A stretch of DNA of 41,153 nucleotides from Candidatus Peregrinibacteria bacterium CG_4_10_14_0_2_um_filter_43_11 (GCA_002792495.1 PFOK01000137.1:1-41153); one strand, 5' to 3'; shown: positions 8,364 to 16,425, numbered from the stretch's first letter. Notes: generated by a model from the letters alone, not told the origin. A program made the numbers and translations.

Positions 8364-8452
8364 TAAATCACAAATAGGCATAACCCCCAAAAAACCTATT
8401 ATCATTCGCTGACATAAAACAGGGAAGTTAAGTAGAGCCTCCATCACTGATA

Positions 8453-8461
8453 TGCTATAAT
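8453..8461 (+). promoter_or_regulatory. Candidate extended -10 promoter for the DUF4012 gene (TGcTATAAT)
   Basis: TG at 8453-8454 and TATAAT at 8456-8461, 22 nt upstream of ATG 8483. Confidence 0.4.
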
Positions 8462-8482
8462 ACCCCCGTTAATTAAAAAAAT

Positions 8483-10210
8483 ATGCAAACAGGTTATAGC
8501 CCTTACCAAAACAAACAGACAAAAAAACGGGGGAAATTCTTTAAAATACCGTTCGTATCCGCGGGTTGGAAAAAATGGTTACTCCTTGCGGGAGGCATTT
8601 TATTCGGACTTTTGTTCGTGGTTTATCTGGAAATGGGGGAACTCCGCTTTTTCGCAAATCATTATTTACGGCTCACTTTTTTTAGCAAAAATTATCTGAT
8701 CTTGTTCCAAAATAATTACGAACTGCGCCCGGGAGGCGGCTTTATTACGGCGTACGGAAATCTGGACACGTTGCTCGGTTTTCCACGGCAGATCAGCTTC
8801 CACAATTCTTACGATATCGAAACAGCAAACCGCGTTACTCCTCCTTACCCTCAACAGGAATTGTTGGGGAATGAATGGTACCAGGGGTATACCTTTAGGG
8901 ATGCGAACTGGGATGCGGACTTCCCCGGCGCAACAAAAACGTTGATTGATTTTTATCAAAAACAATTCCCTAAAAAAGATGTGGATGGAATCATCGTTGT
9001 TAATTTTAGCGTCATCGAAGACCTGGCAAAAAAACTGGGAAATGTGGAATTGAACGGTAAAAAAATCACTCCGGAAAATCTGTTCAACGAGATGGAATTC
9101 GCGGTGAACAATGTGGATAGGCACGACGGGAAAGCGTTGCAGGAACGAAAAAACGTATTGGAACAATTGGCAGGTCAATTGATGAAAAAAATCAAATGGA
9201 ATCCGCTTGATTCAAGAAAGGTAATTGTGGAAAGTATTCACAAAAAAGACATTTATTTTTGGTTCAAAGGCAATGGGCTCGAAGAAAAAATCGTAAAAAA
9301 GGGATGGGGCAACACCTTGCAGGTACCGGAAGGAAGTGATTTTTTGGCGGTAAATCTGGCCAATTTGGGGAGTAAAAAAGCCGACCGTTACGTGCAGACA
9401 GAAATCCATGATTACGTGAACATCACCAAAGAAGTACCGGAAGTAACGACGGAAGTGACACTGCGTTTTCCGGGGTTTTTAAACACGTACAGCGATGATT
9501 ACAAAGGGTATTTGCGCGTTTATATTCCGGGAAACGCGACAGTAAAGAACAGTCCGACAGACAGCATGATTGAAAAAGAAGATGACCGAACGTCGATTGG
9601 CACAAAAATCATCATGCCGGCAGGCAGTAAAACCGTGCTGAGTTACACGTACTCACTTCCCCGAACATACGTGACGGAAGGCCAATACAAATTGCGTGTG
9701 ATCAAACAATCCGGCACCGAAATGGATTACAGCATCACGGTTGAAACCCCCGAGGGAACGTTTGCCGATAGCGAGGATTTTTCCACGCGTGAAAACCGAG
9801 CTGTTTTTACAGGCAAAATCCCATCAGACAAAGATTTTGAGTTACAGATCCTGCCTGACAAAACGCCGCCTTACCCCATTGAACAGGAATTTGAGGATTT
9901 GAACACAATTAAAATTTATTGGAGTGAATCGATGGACAACACCTCAACAAGCGACGCCTTACATTATGTCATCCGTGACACGGATGAAAAAAGCGAAACT
10001 CACGACGACGCCAAGGTAGTGTATGCCGAAATGGTCGAACCGACCGTAACACGATTGGAGTTGAGCGGAATGACCGCGCAAAGCTTGGAGCGCTACAAAA
10101 TAGAACTTAAAAACATTCGCGACGGTGCCGGAAATGAAATTTTGCCCAACCCAAAAGAAATCACGGTAGTACAGCGGTTTAAAACGAAAGAAAAATCAGA
10201 AGAACAGTAA
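8483..10210 (+). CDS. DUF4012-type membrane-anchored protein
   Basis: N-terminal TM helix (WKKWLLLAGGILFGLLFVVYL) followed by NNYELRPGGGFITAYG. This matches the E-x-RP-x-GGF-x-x-x-G signature I associate with DUF4012 proteins common in CPR genomes. Confidence 0.7.
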   Translation: MQTGYSPYQNKQTKKRGKFFKIPFVSAGWKKWLLLAGGILFGLLFVVYLEMGELRFFANHYLRLTFFSKNYLILFQNNYELRPGGGFITAYGNLDTLLGFPRQISFHNSYDIETANRVTPPYPQQELLGNEWYQGYTFRDANWDADFPGATKTLIDFYQKQFPKKDVDGIIVVNFSVIEDLAKKLGNVELNGKKITPENLFNEMEFAVNNVDRHDGKALQERKNVLEQLAGQLMKKIKWNPLDSRKVIVESIHKKDIYFWFKGNGLEEKIVKKGWGNTLQVPEGSDFLAVNLANLGSKKADRYVQTEIHDYVNITKEVPEVTTEVTLRFPGFLNTYSDDYKGYLRVYIPGNATVKNSPTDSMIEKEDDRTSIGTKIIMPAGSKTVLSYTYSLPRTYVTEGQYKLRVIKQSGTEMDYSITVETPEGTFADSEDFSTRENRAVFTGKIPSDKDFELQILPDKTPPYPIEQEFEDLNTIKIYWSESMDNTSTSDALHYVIRDTDEKSETHDDAKVVYAEMVEPTVTRLELSGMTAQSLERYKIELKNIRDGAGNEILPNPKEITVVQRFKTKEKSEEQ

Positions 10211-10426
10211 GCTTTCATCCAGCCACTCACCATGCTCTGGATTCAAAAATGTGTATTTCCAATCCTCCGGCATGTGGTGTTTATTGATTTTCCACCAAAG
10301 GTGGATCAGCCTTTGGCTGAGGTACTCAAGGTATTTGAGGTGAATGATAAAATCATGTTCATTCCGGATGATGTGGTGGGGAAACGATGGGGGTATTTTT
10401 GATGAAATTGTTTCAATGCCCTGCAC
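10196..10426 (-). pseudogene. Relic of a RAYT / IS200-like (COG1943, Y1 HUH transposase family) gene, C-terminal part only (copy A)
   Basis: GTG-started 76-aa ORF with HHIIRNEHDF...KYLEY...KHHMPEDWKYTFLNP. This matches the family C-terminal pattern (F)HDHIIRNE-x-D-...-YI-x-x-NP-x-KH-...-P-x-DW-x-(Y/F)-S/T-F. The HUH half is absent. It is paralogous to 38932-39213. Confidence 0.5.
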
Positions 10427-10527
10427 AATCTCAAATTTTCGATGAATATTTCACAAAATATCGGTTCACAAAAGAAGGGATGCCAATTTTTGGCATTTGA
10501 GCTGATAAAATAGAGAATACGCTTCTG

Positions 10528-10578
10528 CCCGCCCGTACCGAACAGGTATGTTCGGGTGGGACTGTTACGGTGTTTTTT
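10528..10578 (+). terminator. GC-rich structured element ending in a T6 run (terminator-like, with a competing upstream hairpin)
   Basis: CCGT(10533-36)/ACGG(10567-70) plus AACAG(10541-45)/CTGTT(10562-66), followed by TGTTTTTT (10571-78). The alternative hairpin is CCCGCCCG(10528-35)/CGGGTGGG(10553-60) with inner TACC-gaaca-GGTA. Confidence 0.3.
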
Positions 10579-10740
10579 CTTCGTGTCGCTTATTCATCTT
10601 ATTATCTAAGGTCTGAGGGAATACAAAAAATAAAAAACCAATTACACCACAATGCAGTTATTTCCCCATTCAAAATAATGTCTTTTTCTAAAAAAATGGG
10701 TTACAATGAAAAATCAAATTATTTCTTAATATAAAACATT

Positions 10741-11319
10741 ATGGAACATCCCATCAAAGATTTTAGTCACCTTATCGGCAAGCTCGATGGCATGAGCGTC
10801 AACCAAATCGAAGCGCATTTGGGATTGTATGCCGGGTATGTAAAAAAACTGAATGAGATTGAAACCAAGCTACAAAACGCCGATCGTGCGCTGACCAATT
10901 ACAGCTACGGCGAGTACAGCGAGCTCAAAAGAAGGGAGGCCGTCGCTTTTAATGGTGCCTACCTGCATCAGTATTATTTTGAAAACCTAACGGCAGAAAC
11001 CACAACGCGTTCCGCGGAATTAGAAGGCGCGCTGGTGGATTCGTTTGGATCGATAGACGCTTACTTAACGGACCTAAAAGCTTCCGCGACAGCCACTCCG
11101 GGTTGGGTAGTGACCACCAAAAGTGAAGTGGACGGAAAACTGCATAATTATATGATGTTTGAACACCACATCGGTTTTCCGGTTCGCCAAAAAATCGTTT
11201 TGGCGCTCGATTGTTGGGAACACGCGTTCATGATCGATTACGGCACAAAAAAAACGGATTACCTGGAAACCTTTTTGCGAAACGTGGATTGGAACGTGAT
11301 GAACGAACGATTGAAATAA
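10741..11319 (+). CDS. Fe/Mn superoxide dismutase family protein (divergent N-terminal region)
   Basis: C-terminal signature LDCWEHAFMIDYG...DYLETFLRNVDWNVMNERL (D-x-WEHAYY-like), FNGAYLHQYYFENL (second His ligand), IEAHLGLYAGYV (first His ligand retained, KHH lost). Confidence 0.7.
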   Translation: MEHPIKDFSHLIGKLDGMSVNQIEAHLGLYAGYVKKLNEIETKLQNADRALTNYSYGEYSELKRREAVAFNGAYLHQYYFENLTAETTTRSAELEGALVDSFGSIDAYLTDLKASATATPGWVVTTKSEVDGKLHNYMMFEHHIGFPVRQKIVLALDCWEHAFMIDYGTKKTDYLETFLRNVDWNVMNERLK

Positions 11320-11334
11320 ATCGAATCTGAATTT

Positions 11335-11370
11335 CCAATGGGTTCACCAATGGGCTTACCAATAGGATAG
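11335..11370 (+). repeat. Array of three 12-nt-spaced CCAATGGG-type motifs (locus 1)
   Basis: CCAATGGG 11335-42, CCAATGGG 11347-54, CCAATAGG 11359-66, then ATAG. It ends 9 nt before the dnaJ -35. Confidence 0.7.
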
Positions 11371-11378
11371 AATCCCCC

Positions 11379-11407
11379 TTGAAACTCAAGCTATTTTTGA
11401 GTACAAT
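11379..11407 (+). promoter_or_regulatory. Candidate sigma70-type promoter of dnaJ with an inverted repeat in the spacer
   Basis: TTGAAA (11379-84), 17-nt spacer, TACAAT (11402-07). The spacer contains ACTCAA (11384-89) / TTGAGT (11397-11402). Confidence 0.45.
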
Positions 11408-11482
11408 TCACAAGCTGGAACTCCGACAGACAAGTTTCAAGCTTCAAGTCCGATGCAAGATCGGACTCTGACATTACGTCAG

Positions 11483-11509
11483 AATTTCCAATTTCCAATT
11501 TCAAATTTC
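11483..11509 (+). repeat. Tandem heptamer AATTTCC x ~3.9 abutting the dnaJ start codon
   Basis: AATTTCC 11483-89, AATTTCC 11490-96, AATTTCA 11497-503, AATTTC 11504-09, then ATG 11510. Confidence 0.8.
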
Positions 11510-12628
11510 ATGGACTATTACAAAGCGCTTGGTGTCGAAAAAAACGCCAGTGAAACGGAAATCAAAAAGGCGTACCGCAAACTCGCACAGCAATGTCATC
11601 CGGACAAAGGGGAAGGAGGAGACGAAAAGAAATTTAAAGAAGTAACTGAAGCGTACGAAATTTTAGGCGATAAACAAAAACGAGCCCAGTATGATCAATT
11701 CGGAAGCGTTGACAAAGGGGGGGGTGGATCCGGCTTTGGCGGATTTGAAGGTTTTGATTTTGGAGGTTTTCAAAACGTTAATTTTGATTTTGGCGGCAAT
11801 TTCGGCGACATTTTCGATACTTTTTTCGGCGGAGGCGGAGCCAAGGGCAAGCAAGCAAGAGAAAGTCGAGGGAGCGATATCGAAATTGTCATTCAATTGG
11901 ATTTTGAAGAAGCCGTTTCCGGGACCACAAAAGAAGTGAATTTATCGCGTTACGAAAGCTGCACTCATTGTGAAGGCAAAGGGAATGAACCGGGCAGTAA
12001 AATGGTCACCTGTAATGACTGTCAGGGAACGGGTCAGAAAGTAAAAATCCAACGCACCCCGCTGGGGCAAATTCAAACATCCGCCGTATGTAGCACCTGC
12101 GGAGGAAATGGAAAAACCCCCGAAAAAAAGTGTACCACGTGTAGGGGGGAAGGCAGAATATTAAAAGATGGCATCATTAAAATCAAAATACCGATAGGCA
12201 TTCATGACAAAGCCGTGTTAAGACTAACCGGTAAAGGCGAAGCCGGCATGCAGGGCGCGTCCCATGGTGATTTGTTCGTCCACATCAGCATCACCCCAAG
12301 CAAAACGTTTGAAAGAATCAAAGATGATATTCACACCACTCAACACGTTCATGTATTGCAGGCGGTTTTAGGCGATGAAATAAAGGTGAAAACTATTTAT
12401 GACGAAACCATTTTAAAAATCCCACAGGGAACGGAAAGTGGTAAAGTATTCCGGTTGAGGGGAAAGGGAGTGACCCGAGTGGGAAGCAGTGAAAAAGGAG
12501 ATCATTATGTCAAAATCATTGTGGATATTCCGGAAAAACTTTCCAAAAAAGAACGGGAATTATACGGTGAGCTCATCAAAGAAAGTGGTTTAAAAATCAC
12601 CCCTCAAAATAAAAGTATCTTCGGGTAA
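11510..12628 (+). CDS. dnaJ: Molecular chaperone DnaJ
   Basis: J domain DYYKALGVEKNASETEIKKAYRKLAQQCHPDK, G/F-rich linker, four CxxCxGxG zinc-finger repeats (CTHCEGKG, CNDCQGTG, CSTCGGNG, CTTCRGEG). Start taken at ATG 11510, not the track start 11453. Confidence 0.93.
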   Translation: MDYYKALGVEKNASETEIKKAYRKLAQQCHPDKGEGGDEKKFKEVTEAYEILGDKQKRAQYDQFGSVDKGGGGSGFGGFEGFDFGGFQNVNFDFGGNFGDIFDTFFGGGGAKGKQARESRGSDIEIVIQLDFEEAVSGTTKEVNLSRYESCTHCEGKGNEPGSKMVTCNDCQGTGQKVKIQRTPLGQIQTSAVCSTCGGNGKTPEKKCTTCRGEGRILKDGIIKIKIPIGIHDKAVLRLTGKGEAGMQGASHGDLFVHISITPSKTFERIKDDIHTTQHVHVLQAVLGDEIKVKTIYDETILKIPQGTESGKVFRLRGKGVTRVGSSEKGDHYVKIIVDIPEKLSKKERELYGELIKESGLKITPQNKSIFG

Positions 12629-12709
12629 GCGGCCTCATGACCCCTTGTCTTTCGGGTAGGGCTATGATAAAAGTAAACGGTGCATTTAAAAAAACATAAT
12701 ACGATTTTG

Positions 12710-13945
12710 ATGAAAAAAGATACCTACTTCAGTCAAGAGAAATCCACTATTCCAAAATATATCGGGATGGTGATTTTAGTGGTGTTCATCTTTTTATTCG
12801 GATGGCACGCGGGAGTCAATCACATGCAACAGAGCAAAATAAATCCTCCAAAAAACAGCAGTACCAACATGAGTGGAGAACTGGAGCAAATGAACATGCA
12901 ATTGTTCTGGGATATCTGGAGCATGCTTTTCGCAAAATACGTTGATCCGCATGTACTCGATTCACAAAACATGATTTATGGTGCGATTCACGGCATGGTT
13001 TCTTCGTTGAATGATCCCTACACCACATTCATGACACCAAAAGAGAACAAAGAATTCCAGAATAACCTGGAAGGAAATTTGGAAGGAATCGGTGCCGAAC
13101 TGACGCTAAAAGATGGAATGCTGACGATCGTTTCCCCACTAAAAGGCTCCCCTGCCAAAAAAGCGGGCCTGATGCCCGAAGATGTGATCTATAAAATCAA
13201 CGACGAAATGACAACGGATCTGACTCTGGAGCAGGCCGTAATGAAAATACGAGGAACCAAAGGAACTCCGGTAACGCTATCGATTCTACGAAAGGGACAT
13301 AAGGATCCTATTGAAATCAAAATTATCCGAAATGTGATCAATATCTCGAGCGTGGAATGGAAAATGATTGATGACTTCGCACTGATTGAAATCAATCAAT
13401 TCGGCAACCAATTGAATCAAGAATTCAACAAAGCTATCAATGACGTTCTTTCCAAACGCCCCAAGGGAATGATTTTGGATTTACGATTCAACGGAGGAGG
13501 ATTTTTAGATGGCGCGGTGGACATCACGTCCGAGTTCCTCGAAAAAGGATTGGTAGTGAGTATCAAAAGAAGAAACCCACAGGAAAATGAAGATATTTAT
13601 GTAAACGGAAAGGCACGGCTCGCCAATGTTCCACTCGTTGTATTGATCAATAAAGGAAGTGCTTCAGCTTCAGAAATTGTCGCGGGTGCGATTCAGGATC
13701 ACAAGAGAGGACGGATCATAGGGGAGACCAGTTTCGGCAAAGGAACGGTTCAGGAGGTAATCAATTTGATTGGTGGATCCAGTTTAAGAGTTACCGTGGC
13801 AAAATGGTACACTCCCAATAATGTGAATATCAGCGAAACAGGCATCACACCTGATGAAATGGTAGAACGTACCACGGAAGATTACGAAAAAGATAATGAT
13901 CCTCAATTGGACGCATCCATTAATTACCTAAAAAATGAGAATTAG
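12710..13945 (+). CDS. S41 family C-terminal processing peptidase
   Basis: N-terminal TM, PDZ region (GSPAKKAGLMPEDVIYKIND), catalytic region LINKGSASASEIVAGAIQDH ... GKGTVQ. Start at ATG 12710; the track ORF uses GTG 12680. Confidence 0.85.
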   Translation: MKKDTYFSQEKSTIPKYIGMVILVVFIFLFGWHAGVNHMQQSKINPPKNSSTNMSGELEQMNMQLFWDIWSMLFAKYVDPHVLDSQNMIYGAIHGMVSSLNDPYTTFMTPKENKEFQNNLEGNLEGIGAELTLKDGMLTIVSPLKGSPAKKAGLMPEDVIYKINDEMTTDLTLEQAVMKIRGTKGTPVTLSILRKGHKDPIEIKIIRNVINISSVEWKMIDDFALIEINQFGNQLNQEFNKAINDVLSKRPKGMILDLRFNGGGFLDGAVDITSEFLEKGLVVSIKRRNPQENEDIYVNGKARLANVPLVVLINKGSASASEIVAGAIQDHKRGRIIGETSFGKGTVQEVINLIGGSSLRVTVAKWYTPNNVNISETGITPDEMVERTTEDYEKDNDPQLDASINYLKNEN

Positions 13946-14113
13946 AGCGTTTTTTAGAAACCTCACGCCGGAGCAGTTCTCATCAGCCTGACAGTCATTC
14001 CGGCAAGTACCCCCTCCGCGCTCTCCCTAACGGGGGGAGTGTTAACGGGTACCGATACACGCATCGAAAACGTGAGACAAATACCGAGAAACAAGGGGAA
14101 TTGTATAAGCGGA

Positions 14114-14626
14114 TTAAAGCGGCTTCTCAAGGATAAGGCGATCGCCAACAGAAACGCGATGCGCTTTGGCATACCCACCGGAGACCTCCAATACATAGCG
14201 TACAGGTGTGGGAGGAATATAACGGGGGCAAACAGTATTAACAAAACAGGGGGAAGCCTCATATTCGATATGTTTGATTTTAAGGTCCTCTCCAATAAAC
14301 AAGAGATCCAAAGGAATCAACATGTTTTTCATCCAAAAGGCCACCAAATGAGGCTTGGTATAAGCAAAAAGCATGCCTTCATCCTCAGGCAACGCTTCCA
14401 CTTCCATGAGTCCATTGGCATGCTCTTCAGGGGTATTAGCGACATCAACGTTCAAACGATGTTTGGCGGAAGGGGTTTTAATATAAACCACCTCAGTGCC
14501 GTAATCGGCTCCATTGAATAAAACAATGTTGGTACTGATCGCAAGGAGTAAAAAGGAGCTGATTCCGACCGAAATAAAACCTTTCGTCAGGTGCCTCCAG
14601 TGATTTCTGAAAAAAGAAAACATCAT
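14114..14626 (-). CDS. DUF192 (COG1430) domain protein with N-terminal TM/signal anchor
   Basis: ANTPEEHANGLMEVEALPEDEGMLFAY...FWMKNMLIPLDLLFIGEDLKI fits the DUF192 pattern. Confidence 0.7.
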   Translation of the reverse strand: MMFSFFRNHWRHLTKGFISVGISSFLLLAISTNIVLFNGADYGTEVVYIKTPSAKHRLNVDVANTPEEHANGLMEVEALPEDEGMLFAYTKPHLVAFWMKNMLIPLDLLFIGEDLKIKHIEYEASPCFVNTVCPRYIPPTPVRYVLEVSGGYAKAHRVSVGDRLILEKPL

Positions 14627-14635
14627 GGTAAATAA

Positions 14636-15196
14636 TTATTCTTTATATAATAGCATAATTCCATCCCCCTCGTCAACTGGTAAGACGACTCTTTCATAAC
14701 CCGAAACCCCCTGAATATTTTTATGAAACAAAGCGGTTTTCTCGGGGAAAGCGAGAACATCATCAAAAACAACAACCGCGTGATCGGCTAAGCGAGGCTC
14801 AACAGCCACCCAAAAATCCCAATAATCACGCTTTTGCCCATCCACAAAAACAAAATCGAAAGTTTGATTGAGCTGAGAAACAACTTCGATAGCGTTACCA
14901 AACTGAAAATCAACCATGGAACCAAAACCCGCTTCCGCGAGATTGGAAACAGCCGACTCAAAGGTGGGTTTGCTCCAGTCGATCGCTGTGATTTTAGCAC
15001 CAACCTCTCGCGCCGCCTCCGCCATCCAAAGTGTCGAATACCCATTCGCGCATCCGATTTCGAGAATACGTTGAGGTTTTTTTATTTTGACCATCATATT
15101 CAAAAACCGCCCCACTGTTTCAGTCACATTGGGGATGTCGTTTTCGACACCAAATTGTTTGAGTTTTTTGAGGTAAGAAAGAAGTGAAGAATCCAT
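14636..15196 (-). CDS. Class I SAM-dependent O-methyltransferase (family 3, caffeoyl-CoA OMT-like)
   Basis: SAM motif ILEIGCANGYSTLWMA and FDFVFVDGQKRDY. Confidence 0.75.
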   Translation of the reverse strand: MDSSLLSYLKKLKQFGVENDIPNVTETVGRFLNMMVKIKKPQRILEIGCANGYSTLWMAEAAREVGAKITAIDWSKPTFESAVSNLAEAGFGSMVDFQFGNAIEVVSQLNQTFDFVFVDGQKRDYWDFWVAVEPRLADHAVVVFDDVLAFPEKTALFHKNIQGVSGYERVVLPVDEGDGIMLLYKE

Positions 15197-15246
15197 CAGA
15201 TAAAATTAAAATATCACCACTTTCGGTACACAGCTATAATTTCGGA

Positions 15247-15978
15247 TTAATCAGATAAACCCGAACTTTTCACTTTTTTTAAAGGCAGGGTCAAAAAAGA
15301 GACCGCACCCTGCTCACCATCCTCCCTATTTTGTATACTTATTCGCCATCCTCGGGGGTCCGCATTGTCTTTTTTGAAAAGATAGAAAAAAAGACCATTA
15401 CCCCCTTGGTGCAATCGCCCTTTAGCAGTCTGCTTGCCTGCGGAGATGGTGAATTTCTCACGTCCTATTTTTTCAAGATAATCCGACCGAATTCCAATAC
15501 CATTGTCTTTCATGGCGATTCGTAAGCAAGTATTTCCCCCTTCCATCAAAACACTGGAAGAAATTTGTATATCATAAGGAACTTGCCCACCTTCTCTGTA
15601 ACCGATGTGCCTAATCGCGTTCGTAGCGGACTCCTGAAGCCACACCTTAATAGAGTGCTCAACTTCCCCAAAACCATTGTCTTCTATTAAAAAACCTTCT
15701 GGAACGCGCGCTAGAATCTGAAGAACAATCTCATCAGTGTTCTCCCCTATCACCAACTCACGCAAAGCATCATCCGGACTCATGATCCCGGTGCTAGTAC
15801 GAAATAGAGTGGATTCGCTCAACGCGACTACAGAAGCTCTGGCCTCCTCCACCGATTTAGATCCCTCCAAAATTCCGTCATCATCTTTCATGGAAGCGTA
15901 TAAATCTCCATCTCCCAATTTAACGACTGATCCATCAGCATGTTCTTGGATATCCACTGATTTTAAATGTGAATCCAT
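15247..15978 (-). CDS. GHKL/HATPase_c-type ATP-binding protein without a recognisable HisKA/DHp domain
   Basis: N box ESATNAIRH, G1 box DNGIGI, G2-like GGNGLF. The first ~100 aa are unassignable. Confidence 0.55.
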   Translation of the reverse strand: MDSHLKSVDIQEHADGSVVKLGDGDLYASMKDDDGILEGSKSVEEARASVVALSESTLFRTSTGIMSPDDALRELVIGENTDEIVLQILARVPEGFLIEDNGFGEVEHSIKVWLQESATNAIRHIGYREGGQVPYDIQISSSVLMEGGNTCLRIAMKDNGIGIRSDYLEKIGREKFTISAGKQTAKGRLHQGGNGLFFYLFKKDNADPRGWRISIQNREDGEQGAVSFLTLPLKKVKSSGLSD

Positions 15979-16002
15979 ATGAATAATAAGTAACGCGAAA
16001 AA

Positions 16003-16425
16003 TTAAAAATCCAGCAAATTCAATTTGAGCTCCTCATCAAACTTTCTGTTGAGCACATCATCCGTCATGTGGATGGTTATTTCACAGGTGATATCAATAA
16101 CCGCCGACTCAAGGTGACCGCCAAGCACATGATAATCGGAATCGCCCAGTGCGACATGAAGGTGTGCAAAGGGCTTTCCCTGAACCAGGGAAATATTGCC
16201 GGTCAACGAAATAATCTCGTAATTCTTACCGCTAAAACACTTGGAACAGTAAGCCTCTTTCTCCAAATCATAGTATTTGATAACAACATCATCCGTGCCG
16301 CCAATGCCGGAAACAGAACCCGATGATACGCCATTTTCTTCACAAAATACGGTAAGCGCTCTGATTAACTCTTCGCCTTTTTCGATTTTAAGGATGTACC
16401 CGTTGCCGATTTGTTTAAACTGCAT
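16003..16425 (-). CDS. PPC (DUF296) domain protein
   Basis: GSVSGIGGTDDVVIKYYD...ISLTGNISL..GKPFAHLHVALGDSDYHVLGGHL matches the PPC/DUF296 pattern. Confidence 0.65.
   Translation of the reverse strand: MQFKQIGNGYILKIEKGEELIRALTVFCEENGVSSGSVSGIGGTDDVVIKYYDLEKEAYCSKCFSGKNYEIISLTGNISLVQGKPFAHLHVALGDSDYHVLGGHLESAVIDITCEITIHMTDDVLNRKFDEELKLNLLDF

Noticed and set aside
8666-9178. 170-aa minus-strand ORF inside the DUF4012 gene. Similar long shadow ORFs occur at 19760-20338, 30091-30525, 25973-26368, 33893-34282, 16563-16949, 23753-24136, 35452-35838 and 40095-40478.
   Set aside because: All lie antisense to, or out of frame within, strongly supported genes and have no recognisable motifs.
11379-11406. 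Canonical CIRCE (TTAGCACTC-N9-GAGTGCTAA) HrcA operator
   Set aside because: Only about 6 of 9 positions match per arm, and the GAGT arm is 11 rather than 9 nt from the ACTC arm. I report it only as a generic inverted repeat within the promoter spacer.
11453-11509. Upstream extension of dnaJ (track start ATG 11453)
   Set aside because: The J domain begins at MDYYKALGV (ATG 11510). The extension would translate hairpins and the heptamer repeat (QNFQFPISNF).
13963-14295. 110-aa minus ORF overlapping the 3' end of the DUF192 gene and the convergent spacer
   Set aside because: It overlaps DUF192 in another frame and its composition looks non-coding. The spacer has only weak hairpins (CCCCC...GGGGG, GCCGGA...TCCGGC) and no U tract, so I did not call a terminator or RNA.
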